From Gemmatimonadaceae bacterium (lineage in GTDB: Bacteria; Gemmatimonadota; Gemmatimonadetes; Gemmatimonadales; Gemmatimonadaceae): 18,319 nt of DNA. The stretch is taken from the NCBI GenBank assembly GCA_040902005.1, contig JBBDYA010000125.1, positions 1 to 18,319 on the forward strand, read 5' to 3'. Shown piece after piece: positions 1-7,831 of the stretch. The notes under the pieces are model-generated. The model had not been told where the DNA came from, did not search any database, and was given only the letters and a program-made list of their open reading frames with translations. Every line of letters starts with the position of its first letter. Within the stretch, counting starts at the first letter, position 1. Made by a program: the position numbers and the translations under genes.

Positions 1-826
1 AGTCGACGAGGGAGGCGAACGCGTTGTTGAACGCGAGCGCACTGCCGACGGCCTCCGGCGCATCGGGCGACGCGGTGGGGTTCGTCGACGACGAGCCGAT
101 GTGCATGCACAGCGTCACCGCCCGGTCGTTGCACACCGCGAACAGCTGGTCCCAGTGGTCGGTGTGGATGCTCGGCAGGCCCAGCTTCGAAGGGATCTCC
201 GAGAAGCAGATCGCGTGCACGCCCTTGTCGGCGACCCGTTCGACCTCGGCCACGGCCAGCGCCGGATCCCACATCGGGATGATGCCGAGCGGGATGTTCA
301 TCCCTCCGGATGGCTCGCACCACTCCTCGACCATCCAGTCGTTGTACGCGCGGACGCAGGCCAGGCCGAGCTCCTTGTCGTTGCCCTCCATGAACGTCTG
401 GCCGCAGAAGCGCGGGAACGTCGGGAAGGGCAGCGAGCCGTCCATCCAGTTCGCCTGGAAGTCGGCGACCCGGGCATCTCGCTCATAGCAGCCGGGGCGC
501 ATGTCGTCATACGTCGACGGCACCATCTGCATCTTCGTGCGATCGAAGCGCGAGAGGTCGCCGTCGGGCGTCGCCTCGAGCGGAATGGCGACGAACTTCT
601 TGTGGACGTAGATGAGGCGGTCCTCGTAGAACCACGCGTCACCCGGCACGCCCTCGGGATCGATGGTGTTCACGTAGCGCGCCCCGGCCATGTGGACGAA
701 CGGCGCCCACGAGTGCCGCTCCACCCTCGGCCCCTTCTCCCGGAACCGGGCGGGGAGCCACGTCTGCCACACGTGCGGCGGCTCGACGACGTGGTCGTCC
801 ACGCTGATGATCTTCGGCAGTTCCAA
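1..826 (-). CDS. Amidohydrolase family protein (Amidohydro_2), 3' end runs off the window
   Basis: Not in the ORF track because its stop lies outside the window. My translation of the minus strand from TTG at 826 gives MELPKIISVDDHVVEPPHVWQ...GCYERDARVADFQANWMDGSLPFPTFPRFCGQTF...ACVRAYNDWMVEEWC...LCMHIGSSS...AFNNAFASLVD. It has the DxH metal motif, the AYNDW motif and MHIG. AGGAGG RBS at 839-834. Confidence 0.9.
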   Translation of the reverse strand, partial: MELPKIISVDDHVVEPPHVWQTWLPARFREKGPRVERHSWAPFVHMAGARYVNTIDPEGVPGDAWFYEDRLIYVHKKFVAIPLEATPDGDLSRFDRTKMQMVPSTYDDMRPGCYERDARVADFQANWMDGSLPFPTFPRFCGQTFMEGNDKELGLACVRAYNDWMVEEWCEPSGGMNIPLGIIPMWDPALAVAEVERVADKGVHAICFSEIPSKLGLPSIHTDHWDQLFAVCNDRAVTLCMHIGSSSTNPTASPDAPEAVGSALAFNNAFASLVD

Positions 827-976
827 GGGTCGACCTCCTGAGCCGGCGTTCGACGATTCCCCGCGTCTCCGCGCGTTCGTCGCGTTCGCTTCGTACTGAT
901 CGTCGCGCCAGTGTTACCCGTCAGCTCGCATCAGAGTCTCCGGACGCCGCCGGCGCAAACACGGGCCCCGGCACGC

Positions 977-1261
977 TCAGATCTGGACGACCTCGTGGAA
1001 GAAGGGTGGCTCGGCGAGGATGGCGTCGAAGTCCGGCCGCCGCTGACCGTGCCGGCCCAGGTGATGCTGCTTCGCGTCGTCGTCGGCGAAGACCTCGTGG
1101 ACCCAGAACACGGTGGGATCCTGCGCCTCTTGGTAGTACTGGTACTCGAGGGTCCCCACCTCGTTGGCCCGGACGTCGGCCTGCATGTCCCGGAACACCA
1201 CGACCGCGCGCTCGAGATGCTCGGCGTGCACACGCATCCGCGTGATCAGGACCGACGGCAC
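977..1261 (-). CDS. Antibiotic biosynthesis monooxygenase (ABM) / putative quinol monooxygenase-like protein, ~94 aa
   Basis: VPSVLITRMRVHAEHLE...VRANEVGTLEYQYYQ...DPTVFWVHEVFADDDAKQHHL matches the ABM dimeric alpha/beta barrel pattern (ExGxxxY, FxxxExxxD, HxxxH). The GTG start lies 2 nt after the upstream TGA; the longer track ORF overlaps the upstream gene. Confidence 0.8.
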   Translation of the reverse strand: MPSVLITRMRVHAEHLERAVVVFRDMQADVRANEVGTLEYQYYQEAQDPTVFWVHEVFADDDAKQHHLGRHGQRRPDFDAILAEPPFFHEVVQI

Positions 1262-1263
1262 GA

Positions 1264-2436
1264 TCAGGCGCTCGGCACGTCGAGGCCGTAGACCTCGGCC
1301 GCGTTCCATCCGAGGATCCCGGCGGCGACGTCCGGCGGCATCCCGACGAGCTGCCCGTACAGCTCCTCGGTGACGGACGGCTCGCTCCACAGGATGTCCA
1401 GGTGCGGGAAGTCCGACGCCCAGAGGAGCCGGCCCGGCGGCGCGAACTGCGCCACCGACGCGAAGCTGCGCTCGTCCGGATCACCGGACACCCAGATCTG
1501 GCGGGCGACGTACTCACTCGGCTTCAGCGCCATGGAAGGGCCGGCGAGCCGGGCGTCGTTCCAGTGGTCCATCTTGTCCAGCCACCACTGGAGCCACCCG
1601 ACGCCCGATTCGAGCACGATCAGCCTGAGCGCCGGGAAGCGGTCGAGCACACCGGCGGCGATCATCATCGTGAACGTGTTGACCACATCGATCATGAAGT
1701 TGATGACCTTGCCGAGCGGCGTGATGCCGGACCACTGGGGCCCGTAGGTCTGCGCGGCGCCGAAGGTGTCCGGGAATCCGGCCGGGTGGAACCCGACGGG
1801 CACACCCAGCCCCTGCACCACCTCCCACAGCGGGTCGTACACCGCGTGGTGGGGCCACATCCCGAGGATGGGGTTGGGCCGGACGAACACACCGCGGAAG
1901 CCGAGCTCGCGCACGCAGCGCTCGGCCTCCAACGCGGCCGCGGCCGGATCCTGCATCGGGACCGCGCCGACACCCACGAGACGGTCGGGAGCCGCCGAGC
2001 AGTAGCCGGCGAGCCAGTCGTTGTAGATGCGGCACGACAGCACGGCGTGCTCGGGATCGACCAGGCCGCCGAGACCGAGGCCGAGCGATGGGTAGAGCAC
2101 CGCGACGTCGATGCCTTCCCGATCGAGCTCCACGACGCGGTCCCTGCCGTACAGGCCGGCAGGCGTCAGATCCTCCCAACGGAGCCCGGTCGGGTCGTCA
2201 CGGACGGAGCGGGGCAGTCGCGCCCAACCGTTGCACGTGCCGACGCCGGGGGCGACGTTGACGTTCTGGACGAACTCGTCCTCGCGACGCGTCTCGGTGT
2301 TCCAGACGATCTTGATCGCCTGGTCCTTCCACCGATCGGGGAGCTCCCGGGACCAGAGATCACGCGGCTCGAGGATGTGCCCGTCGCCGTCGATCACCGG
2401 TACGCCGGGGAACGGCCTCGTGCGCTCGTCTGCCAT
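1264..2436 (-). CDS. Amidohydrolase family protein (Amidohydro_2), 390 aa
   Basis: Motifs IDGDGHILEP, LDREGIDVAVLYPS, YNDWLAGYC, GFHP, LESGVGW, WASDFPH and ILGWNAAEVYGL. Confidence 0.92.
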   Translation of the reverse strand: MADERTRPFPGVPVIDGDGHILEPRDLWSRELPDRWKDQAIKIVWNTETRREDEFVQNVNVAPGVGTCNGWARLPRSVRDDPTGLRWEDLTPAGLYGRDRVVELDREGIDVAVLYPSLGLGLGGLVDPEHAVLSCRIYNDWLAGYCSAAPDRLVGVGAVPMQDPAAAALEAERCVRELGFRGVFVRPNPILGMWPHHAVYDPLWEVVQGLGVPVGFHPAGFPDTFGAAQTYGPQWSGITPLGKVINFMIDVVNTFTMMIAAGVLDRFPALRLIVLESGVGWLQWWLDKMDHWNDARLAGPSMALKPSEYVARQIWVSGDPDERSFASVAQFAPPGRLLWASDFPHLDILWSEPSVTEELYGQLVGMPPDVAAGILGWNAAEVYGLDVPSA

Positions 2437-2445
2437 CAGGCCTGC

Positions 2446-2474
2446 GTTCTACGAGCGCCGTCACCCGCCGTCAA
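2446..2474 (-). promoter_or_regulatory. Putative housekeeping-sigma promoter, near-leaderless
   Basis: Minus strand reads TTGACG (2474-2469), 17 nt, TAGAAC (2451-2446), 9 nt, then ATG (2436). No SD sequence. Confidence 0.5.
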
Positions 2475-2662
2475 GCGCCCCGCGCCCGCGCGCCGGAGGC
2501 GCGCCGTGTGGCAACGCCGTACGGGTCACAGAGCAGCGTCGTACGGTTGGGGTTCGGACGACGGCTGGGCGCGGGGAGGCGGCGGGACCGATGTGGTGGC
2601 CCTGGCAGGCGGCCGTGGCGACGACCGCGCCCGCGGCTCGGTAGTAGGGGCGCGTCGGAATC

Positions 2663-2969
2663 GTGTCGGTCCCGTGGGTTCGCGCGGTGCGCTGGGGGTT
2701 GGTCCTCGCGGCCGGGCTCCTGGCGGTGGCGTTGCTGGCGACCGGCCACCTGATCGTCGGCGGGATCCTCGCCGCCCTGGTGGTGCTCCGCGTCGCACTC
2801 CGTCAGCGACGGCGGACGCGGGTCGCGCGCTTCGAAGCCGCGGCCACTGCTGCGATGTCGACGATCGTCGTCGATGGCGTCGCCCGCCGCTACGTCTGGC
2901 ACCGACCGCCCCAGGACGAAGGCGCCCGCCCGTTGCCGCTCGTCGTCGTCCTGCACGGTGCGTCCGGGA
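2663..2969 (+). pseudogene. Truncated PHB-depolymerase/LpqP-type esterase (alpha/beta hydrolase) with N-terminal TM segments
   Basis: Two hydrophobic segments, then TIVVDGVARRYVWHRPP...PLPLVVVLHGASGT, the typical start of this family. Resemblance stops there, with no GxSxG. The rest of the 156-aa track ORF runs through a repeat and antisense to the 3018 gene. Confidence 0.7.
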
Positions 2970-2996
2970 CCGCGCCGCAGGCGCGGGCCGAGAACA
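2970..2996 (-). repeat. Truncated copy of the REP-like hairpin repeat
   Basis: ccgcgccgcaggcgcgggccgagaaca matches 13616-13641 (ccgcgccgcaggcgcggccgagaaca) except for one extra G. It starts 21 nt downstream of the 3018 stop. Confidence 0.8.
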
Positions 2997-3017
2997 AACC
3001 GCGAAGCGCGCCGCCTC

Positions 3018-6000
3018 TTAAAACGACACCCCAACCGTCAAATAAGCCCCAAGTCGCCGCTCGACAGCGAGCCCGGTATTCAGCACCGGCGCCACCAGTC
3101 CCAGTCGCCACCGATAGGGCGCGTCCCAGCTGAGCACTGCCGCGTCCGCGTTCAGCTCGGCCCCCACCGAGCCGATCATGGTGGGCTCCAGGAACACCAG
3201 CGGCGGCGTGGTGCTTCCCGGCGCGCGTCCAACGTCCACGTCCTGCTGCGAGCAGAGCGACGTGGTGGGCGCGCCGCCGGCGTCCGGGTACACGCGGGGG
3301 CACCACGCGCTGCCGACGTCGCCGAACAGCGTGACGCTGGTGCGTCCCAGGAACACGGGTAGCGTACCCAGCCCGCGCGCGGGAATCCTGAAGGGCGCGC
3401 GGTACTCGGCGTTGGCCACGAAGGCGCGCATGCCGAGCATCGCGGCCGCGGGAAATCCGCGCACGCCAAAGGTGCGGCGCCCCTCACCCAGCACGTAGCC
3501 GGGGAAGATGTCCAGCACGCCCCCGCTCAGCCCACCCACCTCCAGGTAGCCCGTGCCGCGATTGTCCAGCCATCCGCCCGCGCCGCGCAGCGCCAGCACG
3601 TGATGCGCGAAGCCGGGCAGGTCCAGGGACTTGAACGCGCTTCCGGAGGCGACAACACTCACGGTGCCCGTGGCATCGTCATCCGTGCGCCAGCGGTAGC
3701 GCGTGGTGGACGCGAGCGTGATGCCGTCTTCCGGCGAGATGGCGTTTGGCGGGAACTGCGTGTTCCCCCATCCCATGGTCGCGGCCACGCGCGGGTAGTA
3801 GTACGTCTGCTGGAAGGCCGGATCAAGGCCGTCGATGAGCGGCGTTGAATCCGCGGCGTAGTCACGCGCCTCGATTCCACCGGACAGGCTGAAGAGCGAC
3901 GACGTCCGCACGCGCGGCCGCCGGACCGTGAGGGCGGCCGACGCTGTGCGCGTACGCCGTCGCAGCATGCCGATCACCGCGTTTGGTGGAGTGGCGTTCC
4001 GGATCACGCCGAAGTTCTCCCAGTCCTGCGATCCGGCGAGCTCGATGACCGGCTGCCCCAGCCGGGCGTTGCGGTAGGACACCGCCCCGGTGAGCCCGCT
4101 CTGGTCCGTTGGAACGAGCACCACCGCGTTGTACGCATGCCGGCCCACCACGTCCTCGCCGGACGTGCCCGCGCCGATCCGATAGCCGTTGTCCTCCAGT
4201 GCCGAGGCGAAGAACGGCATCCAGTAGCGCGGCAGCAGCGTGCGCCACGGGGAATAGCGCGTCGCCGTGCCAGCGTGCGCCGCTGGCGAGGGCGCGGCGC
4301 GCGGCGCCACGGTCTGGAGCGCGGGCGCGTCGGCGGCACGCGCACTGTCCAGCGGCGCGATGCCAACGTGATAGCCGTCCGCGCGGAACACCACCGCGGA
4401 CATCGTCTGGCCGCGGGGCGCGCGCTGCGGCTCGAACAGCCCCGTCTGCGCGTCGCTCACGCGCCGCAGCGGCGGCATCGGTTCGCCGGTGGCAAACGCG
4501 GGGGGAAACGACGCCTGGTAGAGATTCGTAATGCCCGTGCGGTCCGAGCTGAAGTACACGTACCGTCCATCCGGCGACCAACTCGGCGACGCGTTCACCG
4601 TCCGCTCGCTGACGAGCGTTGCGACGATCGCGCCGGTGGTGTCCAGGACGACCACCTCGCTCGTGCCGCCCAGCGTCCACCGGGCGGCGGCAATGTGCCG
4701 GCCGTCCGGCGACCACCGGGGTTCGAGCCACTGCTGGTCCGGTCCGCCGCTGGTGATCGGCGTAACGCGCGCGCCGTCGCGCGACACCAGCGCGATGCGG
4801 GTGCCCGCGGGGATCGTCTGCACGGCGACGATGCGTCCGTCGGCGCGCGCGTCGGGCGTCGACAGCCGGGCGCCGCGGGTGAGTCGCGTCTCGCGCCCGC
4901 GCGCGTCGCTGACGTACAGGTCCGAGCGCAGGTGGTATGGTGACGTGTACTCCAGCTGCGAGTACAGCAGCGATCCGTCGGCGAGCACGGTGTTGGGCGA
5001 CTCCGTGTGGCGCCGGCCCAGCCGCCGGCGAACGACGCCGTCGCGCTCGCCCCCCCCAACCCCCTCCGCCGCGGCGGGCGTGAGCGTCAGCGAGTACGCG
5101 CCGTACGATTCACGCCCGGAGGTGCCCGAGTACACGAGCGTGGAGTCGTCGATCCACCGCGGGAAATTCGCGAAGGCGCCATCCACAGTGAGGTCGCGCC
5201 AGCCGGGCATGGGCGGCTCGTAGAGCGGCGCGTTGGCCAGCAGCGACGCCGCCCAGCGCGAGTACGCGGCGGTGAACCCCATCCCGAACGCCCTGCGCGA
5301 CGGAACGGCCAGGAGCCATGGGATGAGCTGGCGCGAGGACGATTCCACGAACACCCGCATGGCGGAATCACCGTGCGCGCGCGCCAGGTGGTCCATGAAC
5401 AACCCGCCATACGCGTACGCGTGATGGCCGTACGGAAACACCGGATTGGCAAGCGACAGCTGATCCAGGCGCGGTACGCGGTGCGCGAGCGCCGCGGTGC
5501 GCGCGATCATGCGATGCTCGCTGCCCGCGATGCGGCCGCTTTCGGTGAGCAGCGTTTCGTAGTAGACCGCCAGCCCTTCCTTGATCCACGAGGGCTGGTA
5601 GGCGTTCGGGAAATAGAAGGGAGCCCGCCCGAACAGTTGCTGGAGCCCCCGCCAGATCCCGGTGCTGCGATCGAGATGAAAGGTGTGCACCAGTTCGTGC
5701 GTGATCACCATCTGCATCGGGTCGTCCACGAAGCGCAGTGAGCTTTCGGTGATCGCGGGATTGGCGAAGACGACGATGCGATTGGAGGGGAAGAACGTGG
5801 CGTAGCCGTTCGAGACGTCGTAGTTGTCGGTGATGACGAGATCGATCGGACCGCGCGGCGGGTGCAGGTGATTCGCGAGCTGCCCATACGCCGTCTCGGC
5901 GTGCGCGGCGGCGCGGCGGGCGATGGCCTCGAGTTCGGGCGTGAAATGCACGCTGAAGTGATCCGTGCGGATCGTGCGCCACTGCTCGTTCGGCGCCACT

Positions 6001-6053
6001 TGCGCGAGCAGCAAGCCAGGCAGCGCCAATGCAAGCAAGACAGTCCGCATCAT
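3018..6053 (-). CDS. Outer-membrane Omp85/BamA-TamA-family protein with N-terminal gluzincin (peptidase MA-like) domain and TolB-like PD40 beta-propeller, 1011 aa
   Basis: Signal peptide (MMRTVLLALALPGLLLA|Q). HELVH (5699-5685) plus WIKEGLAVYYE forms a gluzincin site. PD40 repeats EPRWSPDGR and SPSWSPDGRYVYFSSDRTG. The C-terminal barrel has the FGVRGFP motif, NAEYRAP, LFGDVGSAW and a terminal YLTVGVSF beta-signal. Confidence 0.85.
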   Translation of the reverse strand: MMRTVLLALALPGLLLAQVAPNEQWRTIRTDHFSVHFTPELEAIARRAAAHAETAYGQLANHLHPPRGPIDLVITDNYDVSNGYATFFPSNRIVVFANPAITESSLRFVDDPMQMVITHELVHTFHLDRSTGIWRGLQQLFGRAPFYFPNAYQPSWIKEGLAVYYETLLTESGRIAGSEHRMIARTAALAHRVPRLDQLSLANPVFPYGHHAYAYGGLFMDHLARAHGDSAMRVFVESSSRQLIPWLLAVPSRRAFGMGFTAAYSRWAASLLANAPLYEPPMPGWRDLTVDGAFANFPRWIDDSTLVYSGTSGRESYGAYSLTLTPAAAEGVGGGERDGVVRRRLGRRHTESPNTVLADGSLLYSQLEYTSPYHLRSDLYVSDARGRETRLTRGARLSTPDARADGRIVAVQTIPAGTRIALVSRDGARVTPITSGGPDQQWLEPRWSPDGRHIAAARWTLGGTSEVVVLDTTGAIVATLVSERTVNASPSWSPDGRYVYFSSDRTGITNLYQASFPPAFATGEPMPPLRRVSDAQTGLFEPQRAPRGQTMSAVVFRADGYHVGIAPLDSARAADAPALQTVAPRAAPSPAAHAGTATRYSPWRTLLPRYWMPFFASALEDNGYRIGAGTSGEDVVGRHAYNAVVLVPTDQSGLTGAVSYRNARLGQPVIELAGSQDWENFGVIRNATPPNAVIGMLRRRTRTASAALTVRRPRVRTSSLFSLSGGIEARDYAADSTPLIDGLDPAFQQTYYYPRVAATMGWGNTQFPPNAISPEDGITLASTTRYRWRTDDDATGTVSVVASGSAFKSLDLPGFAHHVLALRGAGGWLDNRGTGYLEVGGLSGGVLDIFPGYVLGEGRRTFGVRGFPAAAMLGMRAFVANAEYRAPFRIPARGLGTLPVFLGRTSVTLFGDVGSAWCPRVYPDAGGAPTTSLCSQQDVDVGRAPGSTTPPLVFLEPTMIGSVGAELNADAAVLSWDAPYRWRLGLVAPVLNTGLAVERRLGAYLTVGVSF

Positions 6054-6080
6054 AGTGCCTGGTTCTTGTTCATCACGGCC

Positions 6081-7685
6081 CTACGGGGACCTCACGGCGC
6101 GAAAGTACGCCTCCAGCCCGTCCGCGACCGCGCTTGCGTAGCGCTCCTGGAACTCCGGCGTGCGCATCGCGTTTTCCTGCTCGGGGATCATCATGAACCC
6201 GCCCTCGGCGAGCACCGCGGGCATCCACGTGGTGCGAACGACGGCCAGGCTTCGGAAGAGCACACCCTGGTCGGGAAGGGGCTGGTAGGCCAGCAGATAC
6301 GCCTGGATCGCGCGCGCCAGCGGCTCCGAGCGCGGTCGGTAGAAATACACCTCCATCCCGTTCGGCTGCACGAACGGATTCACGCCGTCGCCGTACGCGT
6401 TGTAGTGCAGCGACACGAACGCGTGCGCGCCCGCGCGCCGGGCCATGATGGGTCGCATGCCCAGGTCAACCGCGTCACGGGTGGTTCGCGTCATGAACAC
6501 CGCCGCGCCCCGCTCCTCGAGGATGCGCTGGAGGGCGAAGGCCACAGGCAGCACGGCGTCGGACTCCAGGTATCCGGTGGGGCCGACCGCGCCGCCGGGC
6601 GGATGCCCCGCGTCCACGGCGATGGTCAGCCCCGCGAGTGCCGAGCCGGTCACCGGTTGCGGCGGCCGGCGCACGCGCAGCACGAGCGCGCCGTTGTCGT
6701 ACATCACCAGGTAGCCAAACGGGGGCTGGGAAAGTCGCACCGAATACACCGCGCGGTCCGTGAGCGCCTGCTCCCACTCCACCAGCTTGATGAGCGAGTC
6801 CGCGGACGGATAGGCCACCTGGTCCGTGCTGCCGCGGGTGCCGTACAGCGTGAGCTCGAGCGAGTTCTCGCGCTCCTCCACGAAGTACGCCGGCCGTTCC
6901 GAGATCGGGATGATCAGGTCCGACCAATCCGCGTGCGACCGCACGCGGGCGTTGCCGGCCACGCGCACCGGCCGCGCCGTGTCGGCCGCGAAGGTGCGTG
7001 CGTCCTCCGCGGCGACCCAGATCTGGAGCGCCGAGTCCAGCCGGATGCGGGCGAACCCCGGGTATCGGGCGGTGACCTGCGCGCGCGTCCCGGGCAGGAG
7101 GAACCACCGGTATACGCTGTTGGGTCCCGGGCGGCCGACGATGACGCGATCGGTGTCTGACTGCGCCAGGGCGGAGTCGCCAAGCACCACCCACGCGGGG
7201 GTGGTATCCGTCACCACGTTGGGCGGGGGCGGGGGCGGTCGCAGCGAATCCGGGATGAGCCGCACCGAGTCCGGAATGGGCATGCCGGCCACGCGAACGG
7301 GGAGGGTCAGCCAGGCCGTCTCTTCCCCCAGCGTGGCGGCCAGCTCGTACGCTGGCCGCGCCGTGGGCGCCGGGTTCGCCACCCAGGCCAGGAACGCGCC
7401 GTTGGGCCACACCGGAACCGGCTGTCCATTGATCGTGAGTGACGCCCGGCCGTTGCCCACGGACCCCAGGATGAAATTGGAGTCTCGGGACTGGATCATC
7501 TGTTCCGGGCGGGGATACTCCACGCGCGGCGCCAGCGGGCCTTCTGCGAACGGGACGGGCGGGAGCGTGCCTCGCCCCCGGGCGATCGCTTCGGGAGGGG
7601 TAACGGGCTCCGGCCTGGGAGCGGTGGCTGGCCGGCATCCGGCCACGACCGCACCAGCCAGGAGTGTCAGGATGGCCCGTTGCAT
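6081..7685 (-). CDS. N-acetylmuramoyl-L-alanine amidase (Amidase_3), predicted lipoprotein, ~534 aa
   Basis: MQRAILTLLAGAVVAG-C lipobox. C-terminal IAVDAGH, ESDAVL, VFMTR, FVSLHYNA, GMEVY and MPAVLAEGGFM supply the Zn ligands H/E/H and the catalytic E. Start moved from 7766 to the ATG before the signal peptide. Confidence 0.9.
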   Translation of the reverse strand: MQRAILTLLAGAVVAGCRPATAPRPEPVTPPEAIARGRGTLPPVPFAEGPLAPRVEYPRPEQMIQSRDSNFILGSVGNGRASLTINGQPVPVWPNGAFLAWVANPAPTARPAYELAATLGEETAWLTLPVRVAGMPIPDSVRLIPDSLRPPPPPPNVVTDTTPAWVVLGDSALAQSDTDRVIVGRPGPNSVYRWFLLPGTRAQVTARYPGFARIRLDSALQIWVAAEDARTFAADTARPVRVAGNARVRSHADWSDLIIPISERPAYFVEERENSLELTLYGTRGSTDQVAYPSADSLIKLVEWEQALTDRAVYSVRLSQPPFGYLVMYDNGALVLRVRRPPQPVTGSALAGLTIAVDAGHPPGGAVGPTGYLESDAVLPVAFALQRILEERGAAVFMTRTTRDAVDLGMRPIMARRAGAHAFVSLHYNAYGDGVNPFVQPNGMEVYFYRPRSEPLARAIQAYLLAYQPLPDQGVLFRSLAVVRTTWMPAVLAEGGFMMIPEQENAMRTPEFQERYASAVADGLEAYFRAVRSP

Positions 7686-7765
7686 GGTGGGCGCAAGGTA
7701 ATGGCGTCCCCGGGGGGTGGGGAGGGAAAGTGTGGCCCGACACAACCTTATACACGCTCCGTTCA

Positions 7766-7794
7766 TTGACCCCCCCTTTTACCGGACCTATATT
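7766..7794 (+). promoter_or_regulatory. Putative sigma70 promoter of the signalling operon
   Basis: TTGACC (7766-7771), 17 nt, TATATT (7789-7794), in an AT-richer divergent intergenic region. GGAG RBS at 7821-7824 precedes TTG 7832. Confidence 0.65.
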
Positions 7795-7831
7795 CGCGGC
7801 CCATGCTGTTTTCCGCCTCGGGAGCGGCCAT

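Noticed and set aside
101..841. 246-aa plus-strand ORF (also 24-488)
   Set aside because: Antisense shadow of the minus-strand amidohydrolase, which has family motifs and an RBS.
1402..3021. 539-aa plus-strand ORF
   Set aside because: Arg/Gly-rich antisense shadow typical of high-GC DNA; it also spans the suspected junction.
2970..3133. C-terminal part of the 156-aa ORF 2663-3133 as real protein
   Set aside because: It reads through the repeat and antisense into the Omp85 gene, with no hydrolase motifs.
3018..6053. Calling the gene bamA or tolB
   Set aside because: It lacks POTRA domains and has a gluzincin domain; the propeller is only one module of a larger fusion.
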